DNA from: Alphaproteobacteria bacterium
GTDB taxonomy: Bacteria > Pseudomonadota > Alphaproteobacteria > RF32 > CAG-239
NCBI GenBank assembly: GCA_045659785.1
Contig: JAZRCM010000002.1
Span: 68,196-132,195, forward strand
Direction: 5' to 3'
DNA: 64,000 nucleotides
Part shown: piece by piece, positions 19,326-28,628 of the stretch
How positions within the stretch are numbered: the stretch's first letter is position 1
How the letters are laid out: every line of letters begins with the position of its first letter
The notes under the pieces: generated by a model
Told to the model about the DNA's origin: nothing
Databases searched by the model: none
What the model saw: the letters and a program-made list of their open reading frames with translations, nothing else
Translations under genes and position numbers: made by a program

Positions 19326-19354
19326 TTGCAATTTTTGTCAAAATAAAATATTCT
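19326..19354 (+). promoter_or_regulatory. candidate backbone-type promoter in front of a foreign-composition ORF
   Basis: TTGCAA (19326-19331), 17 nt spacer, TATTCT (19349-19354). The same cTTGCAAt -35 box is seen upstream of tRNA-Pro. Confidence 0.35.
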
Positions 19355-19389
19355 ATTATCAGAAAAATCAATTAAAATATTCAATAATT

Positions 19390-20412
19390 ATGGACACTAA
19401 AATTCAATTTTTGTCGGACATGCTTTCGACAGAAGAACAAATCAAAGTTCTTGAGTCAGTTATTCAAAAAGGTAACTATGACAGACTTCCCGAGTTAGCG
19501 AGCAAAGGCTATTGCTTTAACATCTATCTGTTCGACCTTCTTCACAACAGCGGAGAGGACGAAGTGCTTGATAAAATCTGGGATACGGATTTTACGTTCA
19601 AGGGATTGAGCAAAACAGCACTGAACTATCTTATCATGTGCAAAGGAGAGACTGAATCAGCTCATTTTATAGCTGAGAGAATCGACAGATGCAAAGTATG
19701 GCAGAACTGCTATCAGCAGTTTACTCCTTCAATGTACGAGGAGGTAGAGGACTGGAAAGCTCTTTGCAAGAAAGGATGCTATGAGATTTTGGCCAAGCAC
19801 GGCAAGTTTGATCTCATCATCAATGACTTCAACGGACACTGTGCCTCGGTTATTCAAGGTTCAAGCGGTTTTATCTCTAAAGCTATAAAAATTCTTCGCC
19901 AGAACAATATGGCAGACAGAGTTTTAGAGCTTGGACAGTACGGATGGTTTATGTGTACAGAGTGGCAGGCCGAGGGTGTAAAAATCCTTATGAAAGCAGG
20001 CAAGCTCAATGTTATTTATGAACATTGCAAGAAGATAAGCTCTATTATCCCCGAACCTATTCGTCGTATGTGCGAAACCGAAGAAGGACGCGAGTTCTTG
20101 CGTAGCAAGGGAGAGTATTCATGGCTCGTTCAATGCGGATACCCAAAGATTCTTGTAGAAGACAAGAAGTGGGATTATCTCGCAAGACATCGCAAGTATG
20201 AGTTTATCGACTGGACTGCTTGGTTGGCAGCCGCTGTTGACTCGAAAGAAGTTTTTGAGGCAGCTGTCAGAGCTGAACAGTGGGAGTTCTTGACCGAGAA
20301 CAAGAAACGTTTGATGCTGATAAAGAACGGACAATTTAAATCCTTCTTCTCAACATTCAATGGCGTTTTTACGAAGAAACCCAAACTTATTGAAGATACA
20401 ATAATCGACTAG
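19390..20412 (+). CDS. hypothetical protein (340 aa), GC-enriched, no SD
   Basis: Long ORF. 26/60 G+C in sampled stretches against about 15-20/60 in neighbours. Cys/Trp-rich, helical-repeat-like sequence. Own GC hairpin terminator. No family recognised. Confidence 0.65.
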   Translation: MDTKIQFLSDMLSTEEQIKVLESVIQKGNYDRLPELASKGYCFNIYLFDLLHNSGEDEVLDKIWDTDFTFKGLSKTALNYLIMCKGETESAHFIAERIDRCKVWQNCYQQFTPSMYEEVEDWKALCKKGCYEILAKHGKFDLIINDFNGHCASVIQGSSGFISKAIKILRQNNMADRVLELGQYGWFMCTEWQAEGVKILMKAGKLNVIYEHCKKISSIIPEPIRRMCETEEGREFLRSKGEYSWLVQCGYPKILVEDKKWDYLARHRKYEFIDWTAWLAAAVDSKEVFEAAVRAEQWEFLTENKKRLMLIKNGQFKSFFSTFNGVFTKKPKLIEDTIID

Positions 20413-20432
20413 CAAGTTTGGTTGGTAACAAC

Positions 20433-20472
20433 AAAAAAAAGACATCGGATTTCACACCGATGTCTTTTTTTG
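20433..20472 (+). terminator. rho-independent terminator
   Basis: gacatcgg-atttcaca-ccgatgtc followed by a T7 run. Confidence 0.75.
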
Positions 20473-20590
20473 TGTGATAAATTTTGAATATCAAAAAACA
20501 ACACTTGAAAGAATCGGAAAAATATGAGATAGTGTCCGCATTGAAATCTATTATAAATAAATTATACTCACTTAAAATAACAATAACGTT

Positions 20591-20947
20591 ATGAAAACTA
20601 ATGTATCTAAGCAGCGCGTGATCGACACAGTAAAGATGTCTATCACTCTTGAGGAACTCAATTTCCGCGGTCCTCGTCTTTTGAATATGTGGCTTAAGGG
20701 CAGAATTTATCTCCCCGAGATTACTTCTGAATCTGAAGACAAGCTCAAACGATTGGCTTTCGACTTGAAAGGAACTGAAACGTTCAATCGTGACCTGTAC
20801 ATCTATGACGCATATATGAAGAATATCGTCAAGCGTGCATCAGAACAGCTCGATTGTCAGGTAGATTTTAAGCTCACTGCCGAAAGCACGGTCAACGACC
20901 TCTGCGATTGCTTCCTCAAAGCAATGAACCCCTATCTCACAGACTAA
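20591..20947 (+). CDS. hypothetical protein (118 aa), GC-enriched, no SD
   Basis: ORF with C/G-ending codon bias like the 340-aa neighbour. Own terminator. No family recognised. Confidence 0.55.
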   Translation: MKTNVSKQRVIDTVKMSITLEELNFRGPRLLNMWLKGRIYLPEITSESEDKLKRLAFDLKGTETFNRDLYIYDAYMKNIVKRASEQLDCQVDFKLTAESTVNDLCDCFLKAMNPYLTD

Positions 20948-20965
20948 CAGATATCTGTCAGATGC

Positions 20966-21005
20966 TAAAAGTCCTTTTCTTGTGCAAAGAAAAGGACTTT
21001 TTTAT
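20966..21005 (+). terminator. rho-independent terminator
   Basis: aaaagtccttttct-tgtgca-agaaaaggactttt followed by a T-run. Confidence 0.7.
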
Positions 21006-21010
21006 CAACA

Positions 21011-21045
21011 AAAAAGCCCCGAAATAAATTCGGAGCCCTTTTGCT
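21011..21045 (-). terminator. rho-independent terminator of tig
   Basis: Minus-strand hairpin gggctccgaa-ttta-ttcggggc followed by a T-run, 18 nt after the tig stop. Confidence 0.6.
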
Positions 21046-21062
21046 TTTTTATGAAAGGAAAA

Positions 21063-22388
21063 CTATTCTTCAGAAAAATTATATAATTCTTCTACAGAAA
21101 CTGTTTTTTCAGAAACACTCACCTTACTTAATACATGTTCGATAAGTTTTTCTTCCATAACCGGAGCTTTTAAAGCTTCAACAGCTTGAGCATTTTTAAG
21201 ATAGAAATCAAAAACAGCCTTTTCCTGTCTCGGATATTTTTTAGCTTCATTCATAATTGCAGCATTGATATCTTCCGGAGTAATCTTTACTTTAGCTTCT
21301 TCGCCAACTTCAGACAACAACAAACCGAGTTTTACACGACGAGTTGCAATCTTCTTATATTCTTCCATTAAATCTTTTTCCGGAGTATTTTTTTCGTGTT
21401 CGTCAAGTTGATTTGATTTTTTAGCGCGTTGATATTGTTCTTCAATGGTTTTGAACTCTGCTTCCACTAAACCGGCAGGAACTTCGAAATCATAAGCTTC
21501 ATCAAGCTTGTCTAAAAGTTGACGTTTAATTTTCATTTTAGAAGCATTTTCATAATCGGAAAGAATACGTTTTTTGATATTTTCTTTCAAAGATTCCAAA
21601 CTCTCTTCACCGACAGATTTTGCAAATTCATCATTGATTTCAATTTCTTTAGGTTGACGAATAGCTTTAACTTCAACGGCAAAAACAGCATCTTTACCTG
21701 CCAAGTTTTCAGCATGGTAATTATCAGGGAATTTTACTTTAACATCAACTTTGTCACCGGCTTTAACACCCATTAATTGATCTTCAAAGCCCGGAATAAA
21801 TGTGCCTGAGCCCAGTTCTAAAGGATAACCGTTGCCTTTTCCGCCCGGAAATTCTACACCATCAACAGAACCGACAAAATCAATCACTACACTGTCGCCT
21901 TTTTGAGCTGCATATTCTGCATCTTCAACCTTAACTGTTTCACGACGAGAGTGAACAATGTAGTCCATTGCTTTCTTAACTTCTTCTTCAGGAACTTCTG
22001 CCATCAATTTTTCAACTTTGATTTTTGAAAAATCACCGAGTTTGATTTCCGGTAACAATTCAGCAGTAATATCAAATTTAATATCTTTACCGTCTTCAAA
22101 TTTTTCAATTTTTACATTTGGTTGCATAGCCAAACGCAAATTATTTTCTTTAATAACATTGTTTGTTGCTTCATTGATAACTTCGTCAAGAGCTTCACCC
22201 AATACAGATGAACGATATTTTTGTTTCAACATTTCTTTTGGAGCTTTACCTGGTCTGAAACCGGGTAATTTGATTGTTTTTGCTAAATTGTTGAGTTTAT
22301 TTTCTACTTTTTCTTCAAAATCTTTATTTTCAATAGTAACTGTATATTTTTTTTGTAAGCCTTCAGCTTTTAATTCTTTTACTTTCAT
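21063..22388 (-). CDS. tig: trigger factor
   Basis: 441 aa from ATG 22388 (AGGAAGAG SD). Ribosome-binding motif GFRPGKAP, then an FKBP PPIase domain and a C-terminal arm. The track ORF extends spuriously through the tRNA gene. Confidence 0.9.
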   Translation of the reverse strand: MKVKELKAEGLQKKYTVTIENKDFEEKVENKLNNLAKTIKLPGFRPGKAPKEMLKQKYRSSVLGEALDEVINEATNNVIKENNLRLAMQPNVKIEKFEDGKDIKFDITAELLPEIKLGDFSKIKVEKLMAEVPEEEVKKAMDYIVHSRRETVKVEDAEYAAQKGDSVVIDFVGSVDGVEFPGGKGNGYPLELGSGTFIPGFEDQLMGVKAGDKVDVKVKFPDNYHAENLAGKDAVFAVEVKAIRQPKEIEINDEFAKSVGEESLESLKENIKKRILSDYENASKMKIKRQLLDKLDEAYDFEVPAGLVEAEFKTIEEQYQRAKKSNQLDEHEKNTPEKDLMEEYKKIATRRVKLGLLLSEVGEEAKVKITPEDINAAIMNEAKKYPRQEKAVFDFYLKNAQAVEALKAPVMEEKLIEHVLSKVSVSEKTVSVEELYNFSEE

Positions 22389-22422
22389 CTGTTTATCTCT
22401 TCCTTGTTGAAACATATAAGAA

Positions 22423-22507
22423 TGGTGCGGGCGAAGGGACTTGAACCCCCACGGCTTTCGCCACCAGATCCTAAGTCTGGCGTGTCTACCAATTCCACCA
22501 CGCCCGC
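22423..22507 (-). tRNA. tRNA-Leu (anticodon UAG)
   Basis: Hand-folded 85 nt. Acceptor GCGGGCG/CGCCCGC, anticodon arm CCAGA-CTTAGGA-TCTGG, long variable arm, T-loop GGTTCAAGTCC, encoded CCA. Confidence 0.9.
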
Positions 22508-22654
22508 ACTGAACTTTAGCTGATAGTATATATTTTTTTTTATAAATCAAGAATAAAAATCAAAAAAGTGGATTAAATTTTAAGCTTTTTCTTGCAAATT
22601 GACAATAAATATGTTTTTATCCGCCTAAAATGTTAATTTAATGAGTTGAAAAAT

Positions 22655-24241
22655 ATGACAAACAAAGTAAATCCTCGCAAAACTTTTGCGATTATTTCAC
22701 ACCCTGACGCGGGTAAAACAACTTTAACCGAAAAACTTTTGTTATTCGGAGGTGCAATTCAACAAGCCGGTGCCGTTAAAGCTCGAGGCGAAAACAGACA
22801 TGCTCGTTCCGACTGGATGAAAGTTGAACAAGAACGCGGTATTTCCGTTGCTTCATCAGTTATGAATTTTGAATACAAAGATATAACCTTTAATTTGCTC
22901 GATACTCCGGGACACGAAGACTTTTCTGAAGACACATATCGTGTATTGACGGCGGTGGATTCTGCAGTAATGGTTATTGACTCCGCTAAGGGTATTGAAA
23001 CTCAAACCAAAAAATTATTTGAAGTTTGTCGTTTGCGTAACGTGCCGATTATTACATTTATAAACAAACTTGACCGTGAAGGACGAGATCCGTTTGAACT
23101 TTTGGATGATATAGAAAAAACATTAGCTTTGGACGTTACTCCGGCAAGTTGGCCTATCGGTATGGGAAAAGATTTTTTAGGTTGCTATGACTTGATTAAT
23201 GACCAACTGATTTTAATGAACAAAACCGGTGATAAGTCTCAAATCAATGCCACCATTGAAACTTGCCAAGGTTTAGATGATGAAAAATTGGATAAATTAC
23301 TCCCTGCTCACGCAGTAGAAAAGTTGCGTGAAGATGTAGAGATGATCAGAGAACTATGCCCGGCTTTTGATAAACAAGCATATTTGGATGGTGCGTTAAC
23401 TCCGGTATTTTTCGGTTCGGCAATCAATAATTTTGGTGTTAAAGAAGTTTTGGAAGGATTGCATGAACTGGCTCCGCAACCGCTTCCTCGCCCTTCTGTT
23501 GAAAGAATGGTGCAACCTACAGATGCAAAAGTCAGCGGTTTTATTTTCAAAATTCAAGCCAACATGGACCCGAAACATCGTGACCGTATTGCATTTATGC
23601 GTATTTGCTCGGGGCACTTCAAAAGGGGAATGACTTTGCATCAGGTTAGGGACGGAAAACCAATAAAAGTTCCAACTCCGGTTATGTTTTTAGCTCAAGA
23701 AAGAGAATTGGCGGAAGATGCTTTTCCGGGCGATATTATCGGTATTCCCAATCACGGACAGTTACGTATCGGTGACAGTTTGACCGAAGGAGAAAAACTT
23801 CATTTTACCGGTATTCCGAGTTTTGCTCCCGAATTGCTAAAATCGGTACGTTCTCTTGACCCGCTGAAATCTAAACACTTGGGAGATGCTTTAAAACAAA
23901 TTGCAGAAGAAGGCGGTGCAAGCGTATTTAAACCGATTATCGGTTCGGAATGGATTGTCGGTGTTGTCGGTGTGTTACAATTTGAAGTTATGGCAGACCG
24001 TATCAAAAACGAATTCGGATTGCCGGTTATGTTTGAGCCGACACAATATTATACCGCTCGCTGGGTTTCTTGTGAAGACAAAGCTATGTGGAAAAAGTTC
24101 TGCGATACTAACCAAATGAATTTAGCAGCAGACAACAACGGACAAGATGTTTTCTTGGCTCGTAATGCTTGGCACTTGAATAAAATTAAAGAAGATTTTC
24201 CTCAACTTGTATTAAGCAAGACCAGAGAACAAACTTTTTAA
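22655..24241 (+). CDS. prfC: peptide chain release factor 3
   Basis: RKTFAIISHPDAGKTTLTEKLLLFGGAIQQAG, DTPGHEDF and NKLD GTPase motifs, with RF3-specific domains. ATG 22655 preferred; TTG 22646 is possible. Confidence 0.9.
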   Translation: MTNKVNPRKTFAIISHPDAGKTTLTEKLLLFGGAIQQAGAVKARGENRHARSDWMKVEQERGISVASSVMNFEYKDITFNLLDTPGHEDFSEDTYRVLTAVDSAVMVIDSAKGIETQTKKLFEVCRLRNVPIITFINKLDREGRDPFELLDDIEKTLALDVTPASWPIGMGKDFLGCYDLINDQLILMNKTGDKSQINATIETCQGLDDEKLDKLLPAHAVEKLREDVEMIRELCPAFDKQAYLDGALTPVFFGSAINNFGVKEVLEGLHELAPQPLPRPSVERMVQPTDAKVSGFIFKIQANMDPKHRDRIAFMRICSGHFKRGMTLHQVRDGKPIKVPTPVMFLAQERELAEDAFPGDIIGIPNHGQLRIGDSLTEGEKLHFTGIPSFAPELLKSVRSLDPLKSKHLGDALKQIAEEGGASVFKPIIGSEWIVGVVGVLQFEVMADRIKNEFGLPVMFEPTQYYTARWVSCEDKAMWKKFCDTNQMNLAADNNGQDVFLARNAWHLNKIKEDFPQLVLSKTREQTF

Positions 24242-24248
24242 CCGCAAA

Positions 24249-24284
24249 AAACTCTCCTAAAAACATTTTAGGAGAGTTTTTGTT
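24249..24284 (+). terminator. rho-independent terminator of prfC
   Basis: aactctcctaaaa-cat-ttttaggagagtt followed by a T-run. Confidence 0.75.
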
Positions 24285-25033
24285 TCCGAAACTACTTTTT
24301 AGAATTAAAGTAGTCATTATATTCCTTTTGCACCTGCTATATTCCGAACTCCTCAAATGTTTTCTTGTTTTCCTTTTCAATATTCATAACATAACGTGCG
24401 TAATTTTCATTAATTGAAATAACTTCTTTCCTTTTTCTCCAAGCAGTAACTTGAGACATTAAATTAATAACTTCATAAGATGATATATATAGTGAAAGAA
24501 AATCAATCAAAACCTAGCTTTATTGAAAAATATTTAACCTGAAAAAAGTCAATATGAATATCATAAGCAAAAATTTAGAACTAGAAATAAAACAACAATA
24601 TACATAAAAAGTTGTGCATAAAATACAATCATAAATTGACTTTATTGTTTTTTTATTGTATAAGGTGTGAACAAAAGAAAACCGATGAAGTTATTTTTTA
24701 TTGAGCAAGGAGTTAAAAAGCGGCAACCTTTTGTGAACATATTTTTAACATAATATATTAAAACAAATGGACGAATGTCAACACGATTGTATATGTCAAA
24801 TATCCTCAAGGGTGTTGGTAAATATGTGTAGTAAGTTTTATAGAAATATATTAAATTGTTGTTTAGGACTAATATATGCGTTATTTTCAGTTGCATATTT
24901 TGTCGCTCTTTTTGATGAAAGATTACATAAAGAATGGGTTGTTGAAGAACCTTTTTTATATACAAAGTAAATTGCATTATGTTGGTTTTATTATAACTAA
25001 TATCCTTATATTTCTGATTTTAAGAGAAAAAAC

Positions 25034-25576
25034 ATGAAGAAAGCACTTAATTATATAGTTAAAATAAATGAAAATTTTGCATTTTTTTTAATTGTAGTTT
25101 TTAGTTTTGCATTTATATTAGCCCCTTTTAACCCTTTTACTTTGATTAGTAAACAAGATTTTATTGAAAAAAACTTATACGTAGGATTTTTTTATTCCGA
25201 GTGTATATTTTCAATCTTTGGAATTTTAGCTCTTGTACATTGTTTTGCTTATTCGCATAAATGGAATAGAAAAATATTAATAACTCCTAATATTATCGCT
25301 TTAATTTTGTTACAGTATTTGTTTTATAAATGTCCTTTATTTTTTGAAGCAATTGTGAGATATATTTATGTAGATATATGCCTACTTCTTTTAATTATTT
25401 TATCATTTATGAAAATCAAATACATAAGGAATGTTTCTTACCTAATGCTCTTAGTTATATCATTTATTTGTATTCAATATATTCCCGAACAAGAAATGAA
25501 ACACTCCATACTTTTATGTCAAGAAAACAATAATTGCGAAAAAATAATCAAAACCGTGAAAACGCATGAATATTAA
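25034..25576 (+). CDS. hypothetical polytopic membrane protein (180 aa), extremely AT-rich
   Basis: ORF with 5 hydrophobic segments. Composition is well below the backbone. No family recognised. Confidence 0.45.
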   Translation: MKKALNYIVKINENFAFFLIVVFSFAFILAPFNPFTLISKQDFIEKNLYVGFFYSECIFSIFGILALVHCFAYSHKWNRKILITPNIIALILLQYLFYKCPLFFEAIVRYIYVDICLLLLIILSFMKIKYIRNVSYLMLLVISFICIQYIPEQEMKHSILLCQENNNCEKIIKTVKTHEY

Positions 25577-25582
25577 ATAAAA

Positions 25583-27472
25583 TTATTTATTCCAAGGGCG
25601 GTGTCCGATATAATCTCTTACCGTTTTAATTTTGTTTCCGTAAACGGCAAATCCCTGTGTTTGTACATAATCCACATTAGGGATTTTTATTTTATCTTTA
25701 TCATCTGTTTCCTCTATATTTGATGAAGCATATTTTGATAACCAATTTTGTTTTATCCACTTATTTCCGCCTTTAAATGCCTGTAATTTTCCGTTCTCAT
25801 TTTTAACGGCGATAGTTTTTCCATCACTTGCAACCATTAAATCGGGAACTTGAACCGTCATTATACTCAAAGCTCCTGCAAAAATAGCTATCCAGCCGAA
25901 ATGACGCCATTTTTGTTGCCACAAACACAACCACAAACCTCCGAATGTAATCAGCAATAATCCCCACAAAGGAAAAGAATATAATTCTATCGTAGCATTC
26001 GGTAATAATGACACATATTCGGTCAACTTATTTAGTTGCTCTACTCCCAAACCGGCAAGTTTCAACGGAATCTTTGCCAATCCCAAAGGAATTGTAAGCA
26101 GAGCAATAAGAATTGCCGGCATAATTATTAAACCGATTATCGGACCGGCTATAAAATTAGTGATTGATGTATATAAAGAAACACGATTAAAATGATAAAT
26201 TGCATAAGGAAGTGTGGCTAAACTTGCGATTAAATCAGCCAAAACAATACCTATCATATAGACAATAACACCTCGCAAAATTTTTATCGATAACGTTTTA
26301 TTTTCTCCCGACAAAAAGCGCTCAACTTTTCCGCCGAAACGTTCATAAAAAGCAACTAAAGCTACCACCGCAGCAAAGGAAAGTTGAAAACTTATGTTTA
26401 CCAAAGCTTGCGGAGATATAATTAAGATTATTAGTGCGGCAATCGCTAAAATTCGCATCGAAATCGCTTGTCTTTCAAAAATCACCGCAAGCAAAACCAT
26501 AAATGTCATAATATATGCTCTTTGTGTCGGAACTTCTGCTCCCGACACAAGCAAATAAACTGTACTGACAACAAAGGCTAAAACAGCAGCAACTTTTTTA
26601 GAGTTATATCGCAAGGAAAGAGCCGGTATCAATGCCATAAAAAATCGCACAAAGAAAAACATTAACCCTGCCAACATACTCATGTGCAAACCGGAGATTG
26701 AAAGAAAATGAGCCAAACCGGAATCTCGATAATTTTCAATTTGTTCTTGTGTCATAAAATCTCGGTTACCGGCCAAAACTGCCGATATAATCGCAGCTTG
26801 TTCCGACGGCAAATGGGAAGATATCGTATCAGTCATCCTTTTTCGCCATTTATCAATCAATCTTTTGAAATATCCGAAATCTTTATGACAACCAATTTCA
26901 AAAACAGATGTAGGAACATATCCGCTTCCGTTAATACCATCAAAAAACAAACGTCTGTCAGGTTGATAACCTCCGACTTGATTAGCTTTCATTATAGGAG
27001 ATACTTCAGCAACCAATTCTACGCATTTTCCAACCTCAATCGGTTGATTTTTTCTGATAACGGTTAAACGATATTGTCCCATAATTTTATCATTATGAAA
27101 ATTTTCCATATTACCTAAAACAATTCTCGGTCTGCCTCGATAATTGGTATCTGCGGACATAATTTGCCCACGAATATATACTGTTCCTTCCGGAGGTGTA
27201 GGTAATTTTTTCTCTAAAGAAATTGTTTTAAGTTGAACATCGGCAAAACCGATAACGATGACACCGATTAAAAATATTATCTTTAACAAAAAAGGATAAA
27301 ATCGAAAAACATAAGCCAAAAATAAAAGAGCTTCAATGATTGTCAAAGTTATCCATTTTGACGGTTCAGTCGGCAAATAAAAATACACTCCTACTCCGAT
27401 AGCAAAAAGAACCGGAAGCCACAGGAACCATCTTTCTCTTTCTTTGTAAAAAATATCTATAAGTTTATTCAC
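25583..27472 (-). CDS. comEC: ComEC/Rec2 family DNA internalisation channel protein, without the C-terminal metallo-beta-lactamase domain
   Basis: 629 aa. N-terminal OB-like DUF4131 region and the polytopic competence domain (GLAHFLSISGLHMSMLAG). No HxHxDH motif in the tail. Confidence 0.8.
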   Translation of the reverse strand: MNKLIDIFYKERERWFLWLPVLFAIGVGVYFYLPTEPSKWITLTIIEALLFLAYVFRFYPFLLKIIFLIGVIVIGFADVQLKTISLEKKLPTPPEGTVYIRGQIMSADTNYRGRPRIVLGNMENFHNDKIMGQYRLTVIRKNQPIEVGKCVELVAEVSPIMKANQVGGYQPDRRLFFDGINGSGYVPTSVFEIGCHKDFGYFKRLIDKWRKRMTDTISSHLPSEQAAIISAVLAGNRDFMTQEQIENYRDSGLAHFLSISGLHMSMLAGLMFFFVRFFMALIPALSLRYNSKKVAAVLAFVVSTVYLLVSGAEVPTQRAYIMTFMVLLAVIFERQAISMRILAIAALIILIISPQALVNISFQLSFAAVVALVAFYERFGGKVERFLSGENKTLSIKILRGVIVYMIGIVLADLIASLATLPYAIYHFNRVSLYTSITNFIAGPIIGLIIMPAILIALLTIPLGLAKIPLKLAGLGVEQLNKLTEYVSLLPNATIELYSFPLWGLLLITFGGLWLCLWQQKWRHFGWIAIFAGALSIMTVQVPDLMVASDGKTIAVKNENGKLQAFKGGNKWIKQNWLSKYASSNIEETDDKDKIKIPNVDYVQTQGFAVYGNKIKTVRDYIGHRPWNK

Positions 27473-27565
27473 CGATTTTTCCTCATATTTATTTAATAAG
27501 CTTTATATCAAAAATAAAAAAGTGCCAAACATTTTTATTTGGCACTTAGTGAAAATTTTTCTTCT

Positions 27566-27856
27566 TTAAGGAAGAATCTTTGATAACTTGAGATAAATCT
27601 CATCTAAATCCAGAATATTGACGAGGATTACATTGACGGCGGTGGCTGGTAAGCAACCCAAAAATTCGTCACAAGTAACTATCGTCGCAGCGCAGTTCAT
27701 CCCTTTTGTTTCGAGAGAACCCAGTACGTGGATACCATAGGGCTCATAAACAGATTGATAGTCTTCAACAAGAGTATCTACTTCGTATTGTTCCGTCCCT
27801 AAAAACAACGATGGCTTGTATTGTGCAAGCTCTTTTAATATATTACCTACATTCAT
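27566..27856 (-). CDS. hypothetical protein (96 aa), moderately GC-enriched, no SD
   Basis: ORF between comEC and elbB. Composition is higher than the flanks. A hairpin (gtgccaaa...tttggcac) follows the stop. Could still be non-coding. Confidence 0.4.
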   Translation of the reverse strand: MNVGNILKELAQYKPSLFLGTEQYEVDTLVEDYQSVYEPYGIHVLGSLETKGMNCAATIVTCDEFLGCLPATAVNVILVNILDLDEIYLKLSKILP

Positions 27857-27968
27857 ATATAAAAATTTTTTGTTGCAATTATGGTATCATTTTTTGTCTA
27901 AAAGTCAAATTTTATTTTTATTGAAATATATTTTTCTCACGATTATATTGTACGAAAGGAGAAAAAAG

Positions 27969-28628
27969 ATGAAAATTGCCGTAATACTTTCAGGATGCGG
28001 TGTGTTTGACGGCACCGAAATTCACGAAGCAACATGCACCCTGCTTAATATCGACAAGCAAGGAGCCGAATATCAATGTTTTGCCCCTAATATCCCGCAA
28101 ACAAAAGTGGTTAATCATTTTACTCATAAGACAGAAGAAAATGAAGAACGCAATATTTTAGTAGAAGCTGCACGAATTGCCAGAGGCAATATAAAAGATA
28201 TCAGAGATTTTAATATTGCAGACTTTGATGCGGTTATTTTTCCCGGTGGGAGCGGAGCAGTTACAAATTTGTGTGATTTTGCAGCAAAAGGACGCTATTG
28301 TGAAGTAAATCCGGAAGTTGTACGCGTAATAAATGACTGTTACGAAAGTCAAATGCCAATCGGTGCTATATGTATTGCTCCGGCATTAATTGCCCATGTT
28401 TTGGGAGAACATAAAATTACTGTTACAATCGGAAATGATAAAAAAGTTGCCTCAATTATTGAAGAAGATGGTGCAATCCACCAAGAATGTCGAGCTGATG
28501 AAGTTGCAGTTGATGAACAACATAAAATTGTCACAACTCCTGCATATATGTTAGCTAAATCCATAAAAGAGGTTGATAGCGGAGTTTCAAAATTGGTTGC
28601 AGAAATTATACGTTTAGGAAGCCAATAG
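27969..28628 (+). CDS. elbB: DJ-1/PfpI family isoprenoid biosynthesis glyoxalase ElbB
   Basis: MKIAVILSGCGVFDGTEIHE start typical of ElbB, and a nucleophile elbow IGAICIAP. AAGGAGA SD before ATG 27969. The track ORF start at 27816 is an extension. Confidence 0.8.
   Translation: MKIAVILSGCGVFDGTEIHEATCTLLNIDKQGAEYQCFAPNIPQTKVVNHFTHKTEENEERNILVEAARIARGNIKDIRDFNIADFDAVIFPGGSGAVTNLCDFAAKGRYCEVNPEVVRVINDCYESQMPIGAICIAPALIAHVLGEHKITVTIGNDKKVASIIEEDGAIHQECRADEVAVDEQHKIVTTPAYMLAKSIKEVDSGVSKLVAEIIRLGSQ

Noticed and set aside
22389-22550. N-terminal 54-codon extension of the trigger factor ORF (track start 22550).
   Set aside because: The extension runs straight through a perfectly folding tRNA-Leu(UAG) gene. 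A good SD precedes the internal ATG at 22388, which gives the canonical MKVKELK... trigger factor start.
24337-24459. 40-codon minus-strand ORF (MSQVTAWRKRKEV...).
   Set aside because: The composition looks protein-like, but it is short, has no SD, and I recognise no family. It is mentioned only as a possible gene remnant, not called as a feature.
24642-24977. 111-aa (minus) and 67-aa (plus) track ORFs in the AT-rich spacer.
   Set aside because: Low-complexity Tyr/Ile/Asn/Lys/Phe translation, no SD, and they overlap each other. Treated as non-coding.
27816-27968. 51-codon N-terminal extension of elbB, and the overlapping 27706-27924 ORF.
   Set aside because: The extension is a low-complexity hydrophobic string. 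A strong AAGGAGA SD precedes ATG 27969, which yields the canonical ElbB start MKIAVILSGCG.
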